A stretch of 47,553 nucleotides of DNA from positions 1-47,553 of the forward strand of contig CAYUWI010000002.1 of the NCBI GenBank assembly GCA_964448275.1, read 5' to 3'. Shown one piece after another: positions 1 to 9,443 of this stretch. Both the position numbers and the translations under genes were made by a program. Source of the stretch: an uncultured Gammaproteobacteria bacterium. GTDB lineage: Bacteria > Pseudomonadota > Gammaproteobacteria > Thiohalorhabdales > CAYUWI01. The notes under the pieces were generated by a model. It made no database searches. It worked only from the letters and a program-made list of their open reading frames with translations, and had not been told where the DNA came from. Every line of letters starts with the position of its first letter. The first letter of the stretch is position 1.

Positions 1-170
1 CCCCTCTCGGCACAACATGCCTCTATCAATCACTGGTTCGTCTGGAGCGAGTCAGAGGAACAGGATTGGTGGAATCAAATCCGCTTTGGTGCGATAGCTT
101 GGAGGGGTAGCGAAGAGATGAAGGGGGAAACCGGCCCCAAAAGGAGGTTAATCCACCAAGGGAAGGGTGA

Positions 171-1592
171 TCAATCCAAAGAACCTATGGCCCCCGCATC
201 ACAGAAAGCGAGCTCGGGTCGTTCTTGCCCAAGATCCACCCGGGAAGCGACCTCTCGCAGGGCTGTTCTCAGGCCTTCCTCAACCACTGGGTGGTAGACG
301 GGTAGCTGGAGCGCCTCGAACGCGGTGAGCCCCTGCTGGACAAGCCAGGCCAGGAGGTGGGCGAGATGCTCGCCGTTTGGCGCCATAAGTTCGCCCCCGA
401 GCAGTTGCCCATCGATCTCCGGATCAGCGTAGAGGTGGAGTCGACCGGCTGCCTGGTTAGCGATCAGCGCCCGCCCTTGCCCCTCAAAGGAGGCCTCCCC
501 CATTTGGTAGTGCCCAGATTCGAGCTCTCGGAAGTGGTGTCCAACCATCGCAATGTTAGGCTCTGTGAATACAATCTCCAGGGCGACCCGGCGCTCGAAG
601 CACACTGGCAGCTCACGTACAGCATTGTAACCGGCGATACGCCCCTCATCCGCCCCTTCATGAAGAAGGGGCCGGTAGCCGTTCACATCACCGGCGAGGA
701 ACACCGGCAATTCCCCGACCTGCATAGTTGTCGGATCAAAGGTGGGTAACCCATGCTCATCCAAGTCAACCCCCAAGTTCTCAAGGCCTAGATTATCGAG
801 GTTGGGTCGCCGCCCAAGAGCAGCAACTACCTCATCTACTTCTACCTCATTGTCACCCGCTACCACCCGTACACCATTTTCGCCATCCGTGAGTTCCGCC
901 GGTACGCCCAGGTGTAAGGGGAACTCCTTGCCTATTTCCTGGATCGCTGTCTGAGTAATCGTAGGATCGGTTAATCCACCTACGGTCTCACCCCGGTCGA
1001 AGCCGGTCACCTCGAGGCCAAGACGTGCCAGTGCCTGCCCTACCTCGAGTCCAACAGGTCCAAGGCCGATCACAGCCACACGTGGCCCCAGCGTAGACTG
1101 CTCAAAGAGTGTCTCAGTGGTTAGTATACGGTTACGCCAGCGTGTCCACGCCGACGGGACGATGGGACTTGACCCCGTAGCAATAACAATCGCTTTGGCT
1201 TCGATGACTGTGTCTCCCACCTGGACCCGGTGGGGATCGAGGAGGTATGCCCGACCGGTGAGATTGCGCTCACCAAGTCCTTCGGTACGCTTGAGGACTC
1301 CACCTACGAAGCGGTCCCGGAGGCTTCGTACATAGGCCAACGCCGCACCGAGATCGAGTGTGAGCCCCTCTGCACCGCGAATACCCATGGCATTTAAGGC
1401 ATAACGACGATGGAAGTCATGGGCGATCTGGACAAGGGCCTTGGAGGGCATGCATCCGGTCCGGGCGCAGGTCGTCCCGTAGGGACCATGGTTGATGAGC
1501 ACAAAGTCCTTTGTACGGCGTTGCACCTCCTTGAGGGCAGAGAGTCCACCTGTCCCCGCCCCAATGATGGCAACCTCAACTTTGTGCCTCAT
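171..1592 (-). CDS. FAD-dependent pyridine nucleotide-disulfide oxidoreductase, dihydrolipoyl dehydrogenase family
   Basis: 473-aa ORF. It has an N-terminal dinucleotide fold (IIGAGTGG), a redox-active disulfide (TCARTGCMPSK), a second Rossmann motif (VIGLGPVGLE) and a C-terminal interface motif (YHPVVEEG). The start codon forms an ATGA overlap with the stop of the upstream USP reading frame. Confidence 0.8.
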   Translation of the reverse strand: MRHKVEVAIIGAGTGGLSALKEVQRRTKDFVLINHGPYGTTCARTGCMPSKALVQIAHDFHRRYALNAMGIRGAEGLTLDLGAALAYVRSLRDRFVGGVLKRTEGLGERNLTGRAYLLDPHRVQVGDTVIEAKAIVIATGSSPIVPSAWTRWRNRILTTETLFEQSTLGPRVAVIGLGPVGLEVGQALARLGLEVTGFDRGETVGGLTDPTITQTAIQEIGKEFPLHLGVPAELTDGENGVRVVAGDNEVEVDEVVAALGRRPNLDNLGLENLGVDLDEHGLPTFDPTTMQVGELPVFLAGDVNGYRPLLHEGADEGRIAGYNAVRELPVCFERRVALEIVFTEPNIAMVGHHFRELESGHYQMGEASFEGQGRALIANQAAGRLHLYADPEIDGQLLGGELMAPNGEHLAHLLAWLVQQGLTAFEALQLPVYHPVVEEGLRTALREVASRVDLGQERPELAFCDAGAIGSLD

Positions 1593-2093
1593 ACCTCCTC
1601 CATTCGGAACGGTGTTATGAGGTATTGCAAAGACTGCCCCCCTAAGGTTCTATGATTCCAGCTCACCCATCCGATCCGCACGGCGAGGACATCGCAGTCG
1701 GCGGTATGCAGTGCGGCGGTGGCCGTCGAGCCGAGCAGCCGCGCGACCCCATGGTGGTCATGGGAGCCGATCATCGGCCACATCGATGATCTCCTTCTTG
1801 GCGGAGCCGATACGGATCAGCTGCCGTGCTTCCTCGAGGCCGAGCTCGGTGGTGAGTTGGGAGAGCTTCTCCCGAGCACGATCGACCAGAAGGCGCTCCT
1901 CCGCTTGCCAATCGTGCTCTAGCAGGTGGGGGATAGAGTCCCGCTCAGTGGAAAGGGAGGACCATAAATCGATCACATGGAGCAGAGCAAGTTGGGCATC
2001 GTAGCGCCGCGCAAGCTCACCGGCACATTGTCCAACGGCTCGGGAGGACTCTGAGAAGTCGACCGGGGCAAGGATGTGTTTGTAGACGAACAT
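1589..2093 (-). pseudogene. universal stress protein (UspA family), reading frame broken near 1765-1785
   Basis: The N-terminal half (MFVYKHILAPVDFSESS...KKEIIDVADD; ATG at 2093) stops at 1758. The C-terminal half (MIGSHDHHGVARLLGSTATAALHTADCDVLAVRI) continues in the neighbouring frame (ORF 1589..1783). Together the two pieces make one normal USP. Confidence 0.6.
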
Positions 2094-2610
2094 AATCGCC
2101 CCCCTCGTATTGCAATCCTTCTCCGCCCCGGCCCAAGATGTCCTCGATTGCATACCGGTTCCGGATGAGCGGCATCGCGGCAAGATTGCAACACTTTCTA
2201 TTCTCTATTCGGAACCCTAGCTTTAGACATTGATTTAGGTCAATGGGAGCGTGATAAGCTCGGCTCCAGGCTATTATTTCCTGAATTTTAGGTCGCTTTC
2301 ACTGTGAAGTACCTGCTGCAGGCCGCCATTCAGGCTTTTGGGTAGCCATAAGCAATTGCCCTAAAAGCGGCTTATAAACTACTCGAATGATCCCAATACG
2401 GCATTGCGTTCCGAGAGGTTATTTTGACCTTATTCAAGTCTATCGAAGAGCTCTCCACGTCGTGGGCGCTCTCTACGATAGGCTGTCTTAGGTGTTTTTG
2501 CTAACAGGATGAACCCCCGGGCCTCCTTTAACCAGAGGAGGCGTTGCAATAATGATAGTCGGGCAAAGGCCTTGAATTACTCCTCAGGGACGTAATAAAA
2601 GATCCCCCCT

Positions 2611-3117
2611 TTAGATTGATTGACCATCGTCCTCCAATCCTATAAGCCTTTGCAAGTGATAGATGTCAGCTTGATCTTGCGCACGTCCTGCGTGTTCTTT
2701 GAACCGAATCATATCAGCAATGCTGGCGAGGTAAACGATTATCCCTGTGATCTCACGCGGTTCGGCTCGATTAAAGGCAGAATTGATATCGAAGGGGACA
2801 TCGATCAGGATGTCAACGGTCGGCTGGGCAGGCAAAGGGGGGCGAAGTGCGAAAGCGGTCATATGCTTTTCTTGGATCCAGTAGGTGCGCTGGCTGGCGT
2901 CCGCCAGCTCTTCTAGGGACACGGGCAGGCTCGGTTTGAGGTCAAGCTCCCGTGCCACCTTGAGAAAATTTTCCAGATTCTCCGGATCGGATATTAAGGC
3001 GAGGTCCACGTCCATGGTCATCCGGGGGACCCCGTGGAGATTCATGGCCAGGCCACCGACGAGCAGATAGCGTACATTGTGGTTTTGCAGCGCTCGAAAG
3101 AGATCAAGATAGAACAT
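2611..3117 (-). CDS. small nucleotidyltransferase-fold protein (minimal NTase, DUF2204/DUF6036-like)
   Basis: 168-aa ORF containing LLVGGLAMNLHGVPRMTMDVDL, a Gly-rich loop plus DxD pattern typical of pol-beta-type nucleotidyltransferases. It lies 10 nt downstream of pepN on the same strand. The family assignment is from memory only. Confidence 0.5.
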   Translation of the reverse strand: MFYLDLFRALQNHNVRYLLVGGLAMNLHGVPRMTMDVDLALISDPENLENFLKVARELDLKPSLPVSLEELADASQRTYWIQEKHMTAFALRPPLPAQPTVDILIDVPFDINSAFNRAEPREITGIIVYLASIADMIRFKEHAGRAQDQADIYHLQRLIGLEDDGQSI

Positions 3118-3127
3118 AGGAGTGTGG

Positions 3128-5830
3128 CTAGGTTGCTTTTAGGCTCTTGGTCGCTATCTCATAGACGTCTTTGGATAGCTGTGGAGTTTCAGCAAGTCGT
3201 TCCAGCTGGAGTTTCATTCGGGTTTGGCGGTGCTCGTCGAACTTGCGCCAGCGGCTCATAGAGCGGACCAAGGAGGCAGCCATCTGCGGGTTGAGGGGAT
3301 CTAAAAGCAAGATCTGATCGACGATTAGGGCATAGGCGGTACCACTCTCCTCATGGAACTGGTAAGGGTTGGTGTGGGCAAAGGTACCAAGGACTGCTCG
3401 CACCTTGTTCGGATTTTCGAGCGTGAATGCCGGATGGTGTAAGAGGACCCTAAGTCGTTCAAGGGTCCCGGAAGTAGCGCAACCTGTTTGGATAGCAAAC
3501 CACTTGTCTACTACCTGGGGATCGTGGTGCCATCGCTGATAGAATTCGGCCAAGGCCTGCTCACATTCGGGACCACCGACATGCATCAGGGCACGCAAGG
3601 CGCCTAGGCGATCGGTCATGTTCTGGGCTTGATCGAACTGTTCCCGGGCCAGCTCCACCTCGGCAGGCTCTTTTAGGCTGATCAAATAGCTCAAGCAGAG
3701 GTCCTTTAAGCGACGCCGTGCAATAGCCTCGGGTGTGATATTATACGGTCCCTCTTCACAATTGGCCCGGTAGGTACTCCAGAGGTCCCTCCGGAGGGCA
3801 GAGGCCAGAGAACGACGGACGAACTCTCGAACCTTATGGATCGCTACCGGGTCTACTCTCCCTTCCACGAGCTCGGCCAAATACGTCTCTTCTGGTAGGG
3901 TCAGAACCTCTGCTAATAGGGCTCTGTCCTCACAGCTCTTCTGCAAGGCACACCTGAACTCCTCAACGAACCCCGGTTTAACTGTCTTGTCCTGACCAGC
4001 TCGATACTGCTCGAGTCCCCGCAATATGGTGCGCACAGCAAGCTTTTGTCCAGCCTCCCAGCGATTGAAGGGATCTTTATCATGGGCCAAAAGGAACCGA
4101 AGCTCTGAATCACTAGGCTCATAACAGAGGTAAACAGGGGCCGTAAAACCACGTAACAGCGAGGGAATGGGTCTGCCAGGCGGAGTGCATTCGCTTCCCT
4201 CTAAATATTCAGTGGGGAGACCAACAAAGCGGAATATCTCTTCGGTCTTGCGGACTTCGAGTATTCGGGTCGAGCCCCCTTCCCAAGGGCCTTCCCCTTC
4301 CAAGCGGAGCGGGAGCTCGTTGCCAATCTGGTCAAGCAGTCCCACGGCAACTGGGATGTGCATGGGTTGTTTAGTCCCTTGACCGGGTGTCGATGGCAGC
4401 TCCTGTCGAAAGGTCAAGGTGTAGGCACCTGTTACGGGATCGTAAGCGGTTTGGACATGCAATCGCGGGGTTCCAGCCTGGGCATACCAGAGGCGGAACT
4501 GGGTTAGATCGCGATCATTGGCATCCTCCATCGCTCGAAGGAAGGCGTCGGTGGTGACCGCCTGTCCATCGTGGCGTGTGAAGTACAGATCAGTCCCTCG
4601 TCGGAATCCCCCCTCTCCCAAGATCTGAGAAAGCATTCGGATAACCTCGGCCCCTTTTTCATAGACCGTTGGTGTATAGAAGTTACTGATCTCGATGTAG
4701 GACCCAGGGCGGACCGGATGGGCAGTGGGACCTTCATCTTCAGGGAACTGGGCGTTTCGAAGGCGGCGCACATCGTTGATCCGTTGCACCGCCGGAGAAT
4801 TGCGGTCGGCTGAAAACGCCTGTTCGCGAAAGACAGTGAATCCCTCTTTCAGACTGAGTTGGAACCAATCTCGACACGTAACCCGATTACCCGACCAGTT
4901 ATGGAAGTACTCGTGGGCTACAATTGCCTCGATGTGTAAGAAATCATCATCGGTAGCCGTTTCTGGTTTGGCGAGGATGGCTGAAGCATTGAAGATATTG
5001 AGCCCCTTGTTCTCCATGGCCCCCATATTGAAGTCTTCAACCGCGACGAGCTGATAGATATCCAGGTCGCACTCCCGTCCATAGTTTATCTCATCCCATA
5101 CCATCGCGGCCTTGAGGGAGCGCATGGCGTGGTCACACCTGTCTATATTGCCATGCGCTACGTACATTCGAAGAGTAATCTCTCGGCCTGAGCAGGTAGT
5201 AAAGGTGTCGGCGAACTCAGCGAGGTCGCCCGCGAATAGGGCGAATAGGTAGGAAGGCTTAGGGAAGGGGTCTTGCCACTTTGCCCAGTGTCGGTCGGCC
5301 CCCAAGGGCCCACTTGCAATTAGATTGCCATTGGACAGTAGTAGGGGATAACGTGCCGCATCGGCGATGATGGTGGTAGTGTAACGGGCCATAATGTCAG
5401 GTCGATCGAGGAAGCAGGTGATCCGACGGAATCCCTCCGGTTCGCATTGGGTGCAAAAGTTACCCGAGGACTTATACAACCCTTCTAAGGCAGTGTTGTC
5501 CTGAGGACGCATTCGGGTCACGATCTCCAGGGTAAACGCTTCGGGCACCTGGGGGAGACGCAGTGATTCATAGCCAATCGTATAATGCTGTGGATCGAGA
5601 CGCTCCCCATCTTTGGCCACTGAGACAAGCTCAAGGGCTTGACTGTCGAGCACCAAAGGGGCCGGTTGATCTACTTCTGGGTTAGCACGCACCTGCATCG
5701 AGGAGCGAACAGTCGTCCACTCCTCGCCCAAATCGAACTCCAAATCGACCCAGTCGATCAGATAAGGGGGCGGAGTATACTCTTCCAGGCGAATGGGGTG
5801 TGAGGCCTGGCACGCACGGGTCTCGGCCAT
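3128..5830 (-). CDS. pepN: aminopeptidase N (M1 family zinc metallopeptidase)
   Basis: 900-aa ORF with the GAMEN exopeptidase motif (NMGAMENKGLN) and the zinc motif HEYFHNWSGN...LKEG. Length and C-terminal domain are typical of PepN. Confidence 0.95.
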   Translation of the reverse strand: MAETRACQASHPIRLEEYTPPPYLIDWVDLEFDLGEEWTTVRSSMQVRANPEVDQPAPLVLDSQALELVSVAKDGERLDPQHYTIGYESLRLPQVPEAFTLEIVTRMRPQDNTALEGLYKSSGNFCTQCEPEGFRRITCFLDRPDIMARYTTTIIADAARYPLLLSNGNLIASGPLGADRHWAKWQDPFPKPSYLFALFAGDLAEFADTFTTCSGREITLRMYVAHGNIDRCDHAMRSLKAAMVWDEINYGRECDLDIYQLVAVEDFNMGAMENKGLNIFNASAILAKPETATDDDFLHIEAIVAHEYFHNWSGNRVTCRDWFQLSLKEGFTVFREQAFSADRNSPAVQRINDVRRLRNAQFPEDEGPTAHPVRPGSYIEISNFYTPTVYEKGAEVIRMLSQILGEGGFRRGTDLYFTRHDGQAVTTDAFLRAMEDANDRDLTQFRLWYAQAGTPRLHVQTAYDPVTGAYTLTFRQELPSTPGQGTKQPMHIPVAVGLLDQIGNELPLRLEGEGPWEGGSTRILEVRKTEEIFRFVGLPTEYLEGSECTPPGRPIPSLLRGFTAPVYLCYEPSDSELRFLLAHDKDPFNRWEAGQKLAVRTILRGLEQYRAGQDKTVKPGFVEEFRCALQKSCEDRALLAEVLTLPEETYLAELVEGRVDPVAIHKVREFVRRSLASALRRDLWSTYRANCEEGPYNITPEAIARRRLKDLCLSYLISLKEPAEVELAREQFDQAQNMTDRLGALRALMHVGGPECEQALAEFYQRWHHDPQVVDKWFAIQTGCATSGTLERLRVLLHHPAFTLENPNKVRAVLGTFAHTNPYQFHEESGTAYALIVDQILLLDPLNPQMAASLVRSMSRWRKFDEHRQTRMKLQLERLAETPQLSKDVYEIATKSLKAT

Positions 5831-5833
5831 ATC

Positions 5834-6250
5834 TTACTCCCCTTGTATGGTCACTGTGACCTGGCGCTTCCTCCCTGTGTAACGGTGTTCCCATAGATAG
5901 ATCCCTTGCCAGGTTCCTAAGGCGCAGTGTCCCCGGGTGACCGGGACCGTCAGCTCGGTCTGGGTCAATAGGGCACGAATATGGGCCGCCATATCGTCTG
6001 GCCCTTCGGTGGTGTGTTCAAAGCGGGGGTCCCCATCTGGGACTAAGCGGGCAAAGAAGTCCTCTGCATCCCGACGCACACTTGGGGCAGCATTCTCACA
6101 CACGATCAACGAGGCGCTGGTGTGGTGCTGGAAAACATGGCACCAGCCGGTTCGAATCCCCGAGGAGGAGACAAGGTGCCGAAGGGTCTCTGTAATCTCG
6201 TAGGTACCGCGGCCTTGAGTGGTCATCTCGAACACTTCCTGAGAGATCAT
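5834..6250 (-). CDS. yjbQ: YjbQ/UPF0047 family protein (secondary thiamine-phosphate synthase enzyme)
   Basis: Motifs VFQHHTSASLIVCENAAPSVRRD, DDMAAHIRALL and GTWQGIYLWEHR. The start was moved to the internal ATG at 6250 (MISQEVFEMTTQ...), giving 138 aa. The stop lies 3 nt before the pepN start. Confidence 0.85.
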   Translation of the reverse strand: MISQEVFEMTTQGRGTYEITETLRHLVSSSGIRTGWCHVFQHHTSASLIVCENAAPSVRRDAEDFFARLVPDGDPRFEHTTEGPDDMAAHIRALLTQTELTVPVTRGHCALGTWQGIYLWEHRYTGRKRQVTVTIQGE

Positions 6251-6719
6251 CGGAGGGTACCTCTCAAACAATGAAGGGTCTATCCATACGCCCCTTAGTC
6301 TACTGCAAACGCAGTCACTGCGGCAGCACTGCAAAATCCCCAGCCTAGGCCAGCGATGACGGAGACCAAGTGTGCTGGTGAATCGGTCTCTCTGGTGGGG
6401 TCAATCATACGAACCCCCAATATCAGACAATTTTTGGAGGCACTTGGATGACTTGGAGAACGGAAGGCCTGGACACCCAAGGTTACTACAATAAACAGAC
6501 TGGTTCTTGGATGACACTTAAGGGGTAAGCTGCTTGACTGGTCGCCCAGATCAGCTCCCCCTTGGTCACCTGGCGAGGGTGAAGGTCATGCTTGTGGTTT
6601 CTTTCTTGAGGGGGTGCGCCTCGATAGCCCCAGCGAGGCGATCCAGGGCCTTACTTAGAGAAAGGATGCAGGGCTGTAGGGTGTGGGGACAACGTAACGC
6701 CCATCAGTGAGCAGTGAGG

Positions 6720-6857
6720 CTAGGGCCTGTCTGCAAAGTTTCTATTCGCTGTGTTTCATCAGTCGATTGACCGTCACAACCCGCATTTTTCCGTAATCTC
6801 GGACCGTACCAAACGGGCCCAAATCCAGATAACTCCAGGTTTGCAGACAGGCCCTAG
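6720..6857. repeat. 18-bp perfect inverted repeat (CTAGGGCCTGTCTGCAAA / TTTGCAGACAGGCCCTAG) flanking a 102-bp spacer
   Basis: Read directly: 6720..6737 is the reverse complement of 6840..6857. The right arm overlaps the stop codon of the DUF423 gene. Confidence 0.85.
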
Positions 6858-7231
6858 GCCCTTAAGAACATGATAATCATACATACCCAACTCAAAATCA
6901 AGGCAACTCCACCGATCGGGGTAATCGAAGCGAACCAACGGAGATTGGTCAAGCTAAATGCATAAAGGCTGCCAGAGAAGAGAAGAATCCCGGTGAACAT
7001 AAGCCAGCCTGCCCATTTGAGCAGGCTTGAGGCAGGAAAATAGGTCGTGACGATTCCGACCACCAGTAGACCGAGGGCATGGTACCAGTGGTATTGGACC
7101 CCTGTTTGATAGATGGCTACCATCTCTGGTGCCATTCGCTCCCTTATTCCATGTGCACCGACTGCCCCGAAGAGCACTGCTAAAAGGGCATTGATAGCGC
7201 CTAGGATGAGAAAGAGCTTGGTTGCCGACAA
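6854..7231 (-). CDS. DUF423 (YgdD/TMEM256) family inner-membrane protein
   Basis: 125-aa ORF with four hydrophobic segments. It carries LFGAVGAHG and LFSGSLY motifs like E. coli YgdD. Confidence 0.8.
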   Translation of the reverse strand: MSATKLFLILGAINALLAVLFGAVGAHGIRERMAPEMVAIYQTGVQYHWYHALGLLVVGIVTTYFPASSLLKWAGWLMFTGILLFSGSLYAFSLTNLRWFASITPIGGVALILSWVCMIIMFLRA

Positions 7232-7284
7232 GTGTGGTGCCCCATTTTGTGATGACTCAAGAGAGCCTAGCCTATTTCACATGG

Positions 7285-8616
7285 TTAAGCGAAGTCGGGT
7301 TGGCGTGGGAAGAGCGCCGTGAATCGGGAGCCTTCACCCGGGGTACTTTTGATCTCGAGATGCCCTTCGTGATGATTGAGGATATGTTTGGTTATTGAGA
7401 GCCCGAGACCGGTTCCACCAATGGCTCGCGAGCGCCCTTTATCGACCCGGAAGAAGCGCTCCGTTACACGCGATAGATATTGGGCTTCGATCCCGATACC
7501 CGAGTCACATACTGCTACCCCAATCTCTTTCTGCCGCGCCTCCACGACGACCTGCACATATCCTCCCTCGGGGGTGTATTTAAGGGCGTTATCGATCAGG
7601 TTCCCAAGGGCTTGGATGAGGGCCGCAGTATCCCCGTAGAGGTTGAGCTTAGAGGAATCTTCAAGCGGGGAAAAATCCAATTGTATATTCCGTTGCTCAG
7701 CCCGGGGACCAAACTGTTCTGCGAGCTCGGAGAGGAGGGGCTCAAGCGCCACAGGCGTTCGAGGAGGGGATTCGGATTGTGCCTCCAGACGGGATAGAGT
7801 AAGCAGGTCGTCCACCAACCTCTGCATCCGTTGGAGCTGATCCTCCAGGATCTGTAAGAACTCCTGTCGCTTCTCTGACGGGAGCTCTGGCTCCTCTAGT
7901 AGGGTCTCTGTGAACCCTCGCAGACTCGTCAGGGGGCTTTTGAGTTCATGGGAGACATTAGCAACAAAGTCCTTCCGGACTCGCTGGAGGTGGACCCGTT
8001 CGGTAACCTCCTCAACCAGGAGAAGCGAACTGCCGTCTTCCTTACGGCTTCGTGTGAAGGTGAGGGTGCGGCTTGGGTTAGGATGATACGGGGCAATTGC
8101 CTGTTGGGTCGCGGGGCCCTCTAGGCTGAAAAGCCACTGGAGTTCTGGATCTCGGAGCCACCCCTGGAGGCGTTGGCCTTGGACCCTTTTGGAGTCAAGG
8201 GTGAGGAGCTCATAGGCCTTGGGGTTGGCCTCAAGTAAGCGGCCCCGTGGGTCGAGGGCTACGACCCCGATTGGAAGATCTTGGGCAACTTGCTCCAACC
8301 ACTCGACCCGCTCACGCACCTCCTCGAGTTGGTGGGTCCAATGTTTCAACAGGTAGCGGAGTTCACTTTCTAGGGTATCCCAACTTTCGTCCCCAGCAAG
8401 ACTCACACTCCCTGGCCATGAGTGGAGCCAACCCCGAAGTCGCCGCAAGCGGTAATGAATCCAGGCCCCACTCAAAGCTGTCCCAAGGGCGAAGAGGGCC
8501 AATCCGGCTACGAGCCCGGTTAGGTAGCCCTGGATAGCGGATACCCCTGCGAGGGCCAGACTGCCCCCTAGGAGCCAGGTTAGCCCTCTTGGAATGAGGC
8601 GCATACTCAGGGTCAA
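7285..8616 (-). CDS. phoR: phosphate-regulon sensor histidine kinase PhoR
   Basis: N-terminal TM pair and a PAS-like segment. H box SHELKSPLTSLRGF, N box NLIDNALKYTP, G boxes DSGIGI and GGTGLGLSI. There is a 4-nt overlap with the upstream OmpR-type regulator. Confidence 0.85.
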   Translation of the reverse strand: MTLSMRLIPRGLTWLLGGSLALAGVSAIQGYLTGLVAGLALFALGTALSGAWIHYRLRRLRGWLHSWPGSVSLAGDESWDTLESELRYLLKHWTHQLEEVRERVEWLEQVAQDLPIGVVALDPRGRLLEANPKAYELLTLDSKRVQGQRLQGWLRDPELQWLFSLEGPATQQAIAPYHPNPSRTLTFTRSRKEDGSSLLLVEEVTERVHLQRVRKDFVANVSHELKSPLTSLRGFTETLLEEPELPSEKRQEFLQILEDQLQRMQRLVDDLLTLSRLEAQSESPPRTPVALEPLLSELAEQFGPRAEQRNIQLDFSPLEDSSKLNLYGDTAALIQALGNLIDNALKYTPEGGYVQVVVEARQKEIGVAVCDSGIGIEAQYLSRVTERFFRVDKGRSRAIGGTGLGLSITKHILNHHEGHLEIKSTPGEGSRFTALFPRQPDFA

Positions 8617-9302
8617 GGTGGAGCGAGCCGATAGCCTACCCCACGGACGGTTTGAATGAAGTCAGCCCCCCCTACCCCAGAGAGTTCGAGCGCCTTTCGT
8701 AGACGGCGAATATGGACATCGACAGTGCGTTCCTCGACCTCGGCGTAGGGCCCCCAAACCCGATCGAGCAGGTGGTTACGCTCATAGACCTGGCCTGGGT
8801 GAGCAACAAGGACCTGGAGAAGGCGAAACTCGGTGAGGCTAAGTTGGATTTCGACCCCACCGTAGAAGACTTGATACTGGTGCGGGTAGAGGCGCAAGCT
8901 GCCAGAAATGCAAACCTCTCCACCAATTTCCGGATAGCTGCGCCGTAAGAGATTATTAATGCGAACAATCAACTCTCGAGGTGAGAAGGGCTTGGCGATG
9001 TAGTCATCTGCACCGATCTCCAACCCCCGAATTCGGTGCTCTTCCTCCCCTTTAACGGTAAGCATAATGATCGGGAGTTCGCGGAAGGCAGCTTCCTGGC
9101 GAAGCCGCTTGCATAGATCGAGACCACTTAGACCAGGGAGCATCCAATCCAATAATAGGAGGTAAGGGTGTTGCTCAGCGAGAAGTTCAAAGGCGTCCTC
9201 TGCTGCCTCCGCTATGATCACATCGAAGCCTGCGGCTTCGAGGTTGTGCTGAATTAGCGCTTGGATTGCGGTTTCATCCTCTACGATGAGGATCGTGCAC
9301 AC
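8613..9302 (-). CDS. phoB: phosphate-regulon response regulator PhoB (OmpR family)
   Basis: Receiver domain (ILIVEDE, LLLLDWMLPG, IAKPF) plus a winged-helix domain (VDVHIRRLRKAL, RGVGYRL). GTG start preceded by AAGGAAGGTGGG. Coupled to phoR. Confidence 0.85.
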   Translation of the reverse strand: MCTILIVEDETAIQALIQHNLEAAGFDVIIAEAAEDAFELLAEQHPYLLLLDWMLPGLSGLDLCKRLRQEAAFRELPIIMLTVKGEEEHRIRGLEIGADDYIAKPFSPRELIVRINNLLRRSYPEIGGEVCISGSLRLYPHQYQVFYGGVEIQLSLTEFRLLQVLVAHPGQVYERNHLLDRVWGPYAEVEERTVDVHIRRLRKALELSGVGGADFIQTVRGVGYRLAPP

Positions 9303-9365
9303 GATTTGATCCCACCTTCCTTTATTGCTTGCTCTCCTAGCCTATTACCAGTCTATTGGCGGTAT

Positions 9366-9383
9366 ATTACAGAAAGTTTACAG
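9366..9383 (-). promoter_or_regulatory. putative Pho box upstream of phoBR
   Basis: The minus strand reads CTGTAAA-CTTT-CTGTAAT: two CTGTAA(A/T) direct repeats at 11-bp spacing. About 14 of 18 positions match the E. coli Pho-box consensus. It lies 64-81 nt upstream of the phoB start. Confidence 0.4.
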
Positions 9384-9443
9384 GGTTTGGGAAACTTCGA
9401 TCGGTCCAAACTGCTATCGTAACGCATATAAGGAGTAGATCCG

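Noticed and set aside
6149-6159. GGTTCGAATCC, identical to a tRNA T-arm consensus
   Set aside because: It lies inside the yjbQ coding sequence, and no acceptor, D or anticodon arms can be drawn around it.
6295-6480. A 61-aa ORF with a hydrophobic C-terminus upstream of yjbQ
   Set aside because: It has no RBS, no recognisable family and overlaps the yjbQ 5' region. There is not enough evidence to call a gene.
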